Shown one piece after another: positions 59,607-64,000 of a DNA stretch of 64,000 bases; position 1 is the first letter of the stretch; every line of letters starts with the position of its first letter. The position numbers and the translations under genes are program-made. The notes below the pieces were generated by a model. It saw nothing but the letters and a program-made list of their open reading frames with translations. It searched no databases and was not told where the DNA came from. This DNA comes from Patescibacteria group bacterium (GTDB lineage: Bacteria; Patescibacteriota; Patescibacteriia; UBA9934; GWF2-40-263): positions 417,181 to 481,180 of the forward strand of contig SCUM01000001.1 of assembly GCA_004297215.1 (NCBI GenBank), read 5' to 3'.

Positions 59607-61343
59607 TCAGAATCTAAGCTCCCCGTTGAGCTTGATGAGCGACGCGAGCTCGGAGGCGGTAAGCATGGCCGGATCCGCCTTGCGGCGCTCCTCGGCCACC
59701 TGGACCACCGATTTCCCGGAGCTGAGCGCCTCCTGGCTCAAGGCCACGTACAGCCGATGCACGGCCGATTCCCGCCAGCCCTTGATGGCCGCGATGCGCT
59801 GGTCGTACCCCTGGTCCTCTAAGAGCGCCACCTTGGCTTTCACCTTGCGCGCGGCCTCCTCGGGGTCCTTGGAAAGCCGGCGGAACTCGGCGAGCGTCAT
59901 CCCGCGCAGCTCGTCCACCGGGCCGGCGAGGCGGCGCGCGGCGCGCACGTCGTCCACCCTGGGGCGTCCGGCGCCGGGCGGAATCGTGGCCGCCGACACG
60001 CGTGCGGTCGCCGCCGCCTTCATGGCTCCTATCGGGGCGGCCGAAACGGCGTCCGTGGGGCGGCCCGTGAGCTCGGCATAGCGCTTGCTAAGCGCCGCCT
60101 CCTCAAAGGCGCGGCGCGCTTCGTCCTTGCTCCGTTTCTCCTCCTGGGTCCGGGATACGAACTCCTTCTGCGCGCTCGCGGCCGTCGCGTCCGTCGAACT
60201 CCGGCGCTGTGCGACCAGCTTCTCGAGCGTTTCCACGGTCGTCGCGAGCGCGGCGCCCTGGATCCCGACCCCGCCCTTGTCCACGGCCGCCTCAAGCGTC
60301 TCACGCGTCTCGAACGCGTCGCGCACGTCGCGCACGCGGGCGTCGACCGCGAGCTCGAACCGCTTCTTCATGTCGGCGTTCGCGAAGGAGAGGCCGGCGG
60401 CCTGCGCGACCTGGTCGGCAAACGAGCCGCGCGGGACCTCACCCATGCCCTCTCCTTCGTAAGGAGAGGGATAGCTCGGTTTGATTCCCTTCTTCTTCGT
60501 GAGCGCCGCAACTTCGGCTGCGTCTTCGTCCGTCGGGACATCGACGGCTCTGCCGGCGAGGGGCTGGCGAGCTACCCCTTCCTTACGAAGGAGGGGCATG
60601 GGGAGGTCCGTGCCTGCGCTCGTGCCCGCGGTCGGGACGGGACTCGTCTCGCTTCGTACCGTCCCTGCCCCCTCCTTTCCAAGGAGGGGGGCCTGCGGGC
60701 CCTCGGGTGAAACGGCGGGTGCCTGGACCGTCTTTGGCGTGTCTGCGAACGAGATCTTCACGAACGCCAACCGCTCCGCGACCCCCTTGAGGAGCTCGCG
60801 CGCGTCCGCCTCGGGCATGTCGAGCCCGCCCACCTTGCTCGCGCGCGACATCATGTTGGCCGCCTCGTTCTCGTCGCGCACGCCTTTGACGAACGAGGTG
60901 ACGAGGAGCACCAGGCGGTTCTGCAGCACGTCCGTCGGCATGCGTACCATGTGCTCGGCCAAGTACCCGGCCACGAACGATTCGGCGGTGACCTTTGGCA
61001 TGTCCACCGTCTTCCCTCCCTCCATCTTGGAAAGGTCCCCGCCCCAAGAGGCGATCGCGCCGGCCACGTCGCCCACGGCCCCGGCGATGGGAAGCAGCCG
61101 GTCGGCCGCGAGGTCCACGGCCGCCGCCTTCGACTTCGCCTCGGGCACGCCAAGCTTCACGAGCTCCGACGGGAGCGCGTCGAGCGCCACTTCCCCGAGC
61201 ACGACGCGATCAAGCAGCTTCAAGACGCCTGAAAGCTTTGGCAAGGCATGACGCTCCTCCCACTTCTTCAGGAACCGAACGGCGTCCGGATGGCTCAAGA
61301 AATCCAGGACGGGCTCTGGGATGTCCGCGTACGTTTTTGCCAT
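59607..61343 (-). CDS. hypothetical protein (578 aa) of the T4SS-like cluster, carrying three in-frame hairpin-repeat insertions
   Basis: Natural composition. A/E/K-rich helical C-terminal half. No domain recognised. Confidence 0.5.
   Translation of the reverse strand: MAKTYADIPEPVLDFLSHPDAVRFLKKWEERHALPKLSGVLKLLDRVVLGEVALDALPSELVKLGVPEAKSKAAAVDLAADRLLPIAGAVGDVAGAIASWGGDLSKMEGGKTVDMPKVTAESFVAGYLAEHMVRMPTDVLQNRLVLLVTSFVKGVRDENEAANMMSRASKVGGLDMPEADARELLKGVAERLAFVKISFADTPKTVQAPAVSPEGPQAPLLGKEGAGTVRSETSPVPTAGTSAGTDLPMPLLRKEGVARQPLAGRAVDVPTDEDAAEVAALTKKKGIKPSYPSPYEGEGMGEVPRGSFADQVAQAAGLSFANADMKKRFELAVDARVRDVRDAFETRETLEAAVDKGGVGIQGAALATTVETLEKLVAQRRSSTDATAASAQKEFVSRTQEEKRSKDEARRAFEEAALSKRYAELTGRPTDAVSAAPIGAMKAAATARVSAATIPPGAGRPRVDDVRAARRLAGPVDELRGMTLAEFRRLSKDPEEAARKVKAKVALLEDQGYDQRIAAIKGWRESAVHRLYVALSQEALSSGKSVVQVAEERRKADPAMLTASELASLIKLNGELRF
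60444..60600. mobile_element. MITE-like 157-bp insertion bounded by inverted hairpin repeats related to the DUF559-element TIR
   Basis: Left catgCCCTCTCCTTcgtAAGGAGAGGGatagctc (60444-60477). Right gagctaCCCCTTCCTTacgAAGGAGGGGcatg (60569-60600). Lies in-frame inside CDS 59607-61343. Confidence 0.6.
60668..60690. repeat. solo palindrome CCCCCTCCTTTCCAAGGAGGGGG
   Basis: Perfect 10-bp stem with a 3-nt loop. Encodes PLLGKEGAG in CDS 59607-61343. Confidence 0.7.
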
Positions 61344-61361
61344 AGGCTCCCGATGGCTCGA

Positions 61362-63956
61362 TTAGACCGTGCCGGTCGGCGGCTTAGGCGTCTTGCTGGC
61401 CGCCAGCCGGCTCGCATACTCCCCACCGATCTCATTGATATCCTTCTCAAGCCGGCTCATCTGTTCCTGGAATCCCTTCATCGCCAGGCGTTCGTCGCCT
61501 GTCTGTTGGAAGCCAGGCTTCTGGTTGAGCTTCTCCAGCTTGATGCGTGCGTCGTTATAACGGAGGAGGAGATCGTTCGCGCGCCTCTGCACTTCGCGTT
61601 CAGCCTCGCGCGCGTCCGTCGGCGGAGGAGTCGCGGCTGCGGGCGCTGCCGCCGTGACCAAATCAGGCGGATTGGCGGAAGCGAACGCCGATGTCAGCGC
61701 CGTCTCCTGCCAGCCGCTCTCCTTCAGCTGTTCTTCAAGCGCGGCGAGCTTGCCGGTCTGGAGGTTGTCGTTGAGCATCGAGCGGATGTTGTCGATATCA
61801 GGAAGCATGGCCTTCTGCCCGTCCGGACCGGCCTGTTTGAACCCGCGCACCACGCTCGCCATGGCGTTGTCGTCGAGGTGCGGCAAGGCGTCGGCCTTTA
61901 TGCGCTCGCGCGCCTCGGGCTTCATGCGGCCGATCACGAGCGGGTCGGCCTTGATGGCGGTGGCGAACGACTCGGCATTCTTCTCCGCAAAACCGGCGGC
62001 CTGGTCGGGATTCATCTGCTGCAATGCCGCGGTCACGTTCAGCGGGCTTTCTTTCTTGAGCTCCTCCTTGGACATCTTGGCGTAGAGGCCTCCCAGGCCT
62101 CCCTCATAGGCATCCTTCACGCGACCGCCCATGCGCCCGGCCGCGATATAATCAGGCACCTTGACCGGCTTGCCCTTGTCAGGCCCGTCTTTCCATACGT
62201 CGCCGCTGTCGATGTCCGCGATCCGGTCCTTGAAGCCCTTGTTGCCCGACAACGCGGCCCACGCCTTCGGATCCAACTTGCGCAGGCTTTCCACGTCGGT
62301 GATCTTGCTGAAGTCGCCCGTGACGTCGGGACGCGTCGCCTGCAGGTCCTTCAGGCTGTCGTTCATCGCCTTGTCCCCCTTGAAGAGGTCCGTCATTTCC
62401 TTGCCGCCCAGCTCTTCGTACAGGTTCCCGAACACGCCGGCCTGGTCGAGCGCCTTGCGCGCGTCCTTGTTGCTCGCCATCTCGGCGAATACCGCCTGCA
62501 TCTGCTGCTTTTGGCGGCTGTCGAGCTTCTTGCCGGACTTCACCGACTGGCCGGCGGCCACCAACCCGGCGATCTTGGCGTCCTCGCCCATCCCTTCAAA
62601 CGGCTTGCCGACCTTCTTGGCGGCTTCGGCGACCTTGGCCTGCTGGGCCGACACCTTCTCCATGGCCTTCGCGCGCTTGAGCGGATCCTCGATCCCCTTG
62701 GCCTTGGCCTCCTGCTTCTTGAGCGCGTCCATGCGCCGGCCCTGCATGAACTGGCTCGTATCGATGCGGCTCGCGGCCGCTCCGGCCACGTACTTGCCGC
62801 CGCGCGCCACCGCGCCCGCGCCCTTGCCGAGGCCTTTGGCGCCAAGCCCGCCCGCGAACCGGGCCATTACCCCGCCGGCGCCCTGGCCCTTGTGGAGCAT
62901 CCCGCCGATCACCCCGCTCGCGCCATGGCAGAAATCCGCCGCGGCCTGGAACCCGGCGTAGAGCATCCCCATGCCGATCACGAAGGTCATGAGGTGCACC
63001 GGCTCGAAGATGGCGAGCTTGATGGGAAGTTCCTCGCCCGGAAGCCGCGGGGCGCTGAACGCCTCGAACCCCTTGCTTGCGGCGACGTTGCCCGCCCCGA
63101 GCACGGCCAGGGTGAGCCAGAGGAAAAAGGTGAGGAGCGGACCGGAAACGACGTAACAGTTGAACTTCTTCCACCAGTCCGCATAGGCGTCGCTGTGCGT
63201 GAGTCCCTGGATGCCGCCCACGAACCAGGTGAGCGGCGCGATGGTGACGAGGATCCACAGCGCCACGATGCGGATCACGAGGATCGCGAGCAGGATCATC
63301 ACGGTGACCAGCACCCACAGGTTCATGATCACGTGCGCGACCGCGGCAAAGAAGAGGTCGACGCTATAGATAGCGCTGGTGTTCGTGAACTGGCTCCCTT
63401 GGATGCCGAACATCTGGACGAAGTTGCCGGCGGCCACGGCCTGAAGCGCGTTGGCGAACGTGAGCATCACCACCTGGCCGATGTCGATGATGATCCCGCA
63501 GATGGTCTTAGAGAAATTGATGACGATGGCGAACAGGAGGAGCCTGGGCACCTGCTGCTGCCACTGGAAGCGCGACGACCCGAAGATGGTCCCCACCGCG
63601 ATCACCACGAGCACCACCACGAAGAACATGTTCACGGTGTCGCGCACGATCGCCCAGCCGGCCGAGACCACAGGCGAATCCACGAACCCGTTGTACTGCA
63701 TCACCTTGATGACCGTCCCGAGCAGGATCGACATCAGGCTCGCGAGGAACGCCGCGACGTGGTCGATGAGGCCGGCGAGCAGGATCAGGACGTTGTCAAT
63801 CGTGCTTGGCTCTTTCGGATTTGCCGCTCGCACTTGGATTGCCGTATCCTGCGCCCACGCGAGGCCTGGGGTCGCGAACGCGAGGAAAACGCCAAGAGCC
63901 GCTCCGATCTTCGCCGGACGCGAACAGAACCATTGCCAGTGCCTCCGAGGCTGCAT
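61362..63956 (-). CDS. VirB6/TrbL-like polytopic membrane protein with long C-terminal hydrophilic extension
   Basis: 864 aa. Signal/TM start, ~7 TM helices in the first ~330 aa, G-rich linker, then a K/E/D-rich ~500-aa domain. Position next to VirB3/VirB4 homologs. Confidence 0.45.
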   Translation of the reverse strand: MQPRRHWQWFCSRPAKIGAALGVFLAFATPGLAWAQDTAIQVRAANPKEPSTIDNVLILLAGLIDHVAAFLASLMSILLGTVIKVMQYNGFVDSPVVSAGWAIVRDTVNMFFVVVLVVIAVGTIFGSSRFQWQQQVPRLLLFAIVINFSKTICGIIIDIGQVVMLTFANALQAVAAGNFVQMFGIQGSQFTNTSAIYSVDLFFAAVAHVIMNLWVLVTVMILLAILVIRIVALWILVTIAPLTWFVGGIQGLTHSDAYADWWKKFNCYVVSGPLLTFFLWLTLAVLGAGNVAASKGFEAFSAPRLPGEELPIKLAIFEPVHLMTFVIGMGMLYAGFQAAADFCHGASGVIGGMLHKGQGAGGVMARFAGGLGAKGLGKGAGAVARGGKYVAGAAASRIDTSQFMQGRRMDALKKQEAKAKGIEDPLKRAKAMEKVSAQQAKVAEAAKKVGKPFEGMGEDAKIAGLVAAGQSVKSGKKLDSRQKQQMQAVFAEMASNKDARKALDQAGVFGNLYEELGGKEMTDLFKGDKAMNDSLKDLQATRPDVTGDFSKITDVESLRKLDPKAWAALSGNKGFKDRIADIDSGDVWKDGPDKGKPVKVPDYIAAGRMGGRVKDAYEGGLGGLYAKMSKEELKKESPLNVTAALQQMNPDQAAGFAEKNAESFATAIKADPLVIGRMKPEARERIKADALPHLDDNAMASVVRGFKQAGPDGQKAMLPDIDNIRSMLNDNLQTGKLAALEEQLKESGWQETALTSAFASANPPDLVTAAAPAAATPPPTDAREAEREVQRRANDLLLRYNDARIKLEKLNQKPGFQQTGDERLAMKGFQEQMSRLEKDINEIGGEYASRLAASKTPKPPTGTV

Positions 63957-64000
63957 AATTGGCGTAAGTATAGCATAGGGGAGGGTCTGCGGCCTATGGA

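Overview
This is a high-GC (~62-66%) bacterial chromosomal segment with compact, mostly co-directional genes. Several features suggest a small-genome, possibly Patescibacteria/CPR-like lineage: four-helix-bundle 'IVS' proteins, a DUF559 selfish element, a split VirB4, comF and a tandem-domain ThyX. This lineage assignment is inference.

Housekeeping genes:
- gyrB (3' part)
- secE-nusG-rplK-rplA
- gatB, miaA, thrS, dnaE, pheST, rseP, a phosphomannomutase, lemA-htpX, a clpC-like ATPase, radA, recG, comF
- three tRNAs: two type-II tRNA-Ser and one tRNA with anticodon GCG

Three blocks stand out.
1. A nucleotide-metabolism supercluster (dcd, thyX, dut, tmk). A 638-aa tandem ThyX sits in an operon with a DUF4406/deoxyribosyltransferase-like protein and a 402-aa protein of unknown function.
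2. A low-GC island (~29.6-33.7 kb) that looks horizontally acquired. It holds an HTH-fused m5C methyltransferase, a Cfr10I/NgoMIV-like restriction endonuclease, Vsr, and a CI-like S24 repressor with a divergent Cro-like ORF. It is bordered by a Fic-DUF2779 two-gene operon, a DUF559 mini-element with translatable terminal inverted repeats, TspO, and a PIF1/RecD-like helicase.
3. A Gram-positive/CPR-style type-IV-secretion or competence-like cluster (48.9-64 kb): an NlpC/P60 hydrolase with a pilin-like membrane segment, DsbA, a split VirB4, and PrgI/VirB3-like and VirB6-like proteins.

The genome is also saturated with several families of short palindromic and tandem repeats:
- 9-mer ACCCTTCAA arrays around catatg-centred hairpins
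- 7-mer TAGCCGT, GTAGTGC and TACGAAC arrays
- the GGCGGACAAGGCCTCAG unit
- a CCCCTCCTTTCCAAGGAGGGG hairpin derived from the DUF559 element's inverted repeat

Many of these sit in-frame inside essential genes (pheT, dnaE, radA, miaA, the phosphomannomutase and a T4SS-cluster gene), much like Rickettsia palindromic elements. Others flank the four-helix-bundle genes like terminal repeats. I found no CRISPR array, rRNA gene or integrase.

Many long antisense 'shadow' ORFs in the ORF track are artefacts of the high GC content and were rejected.
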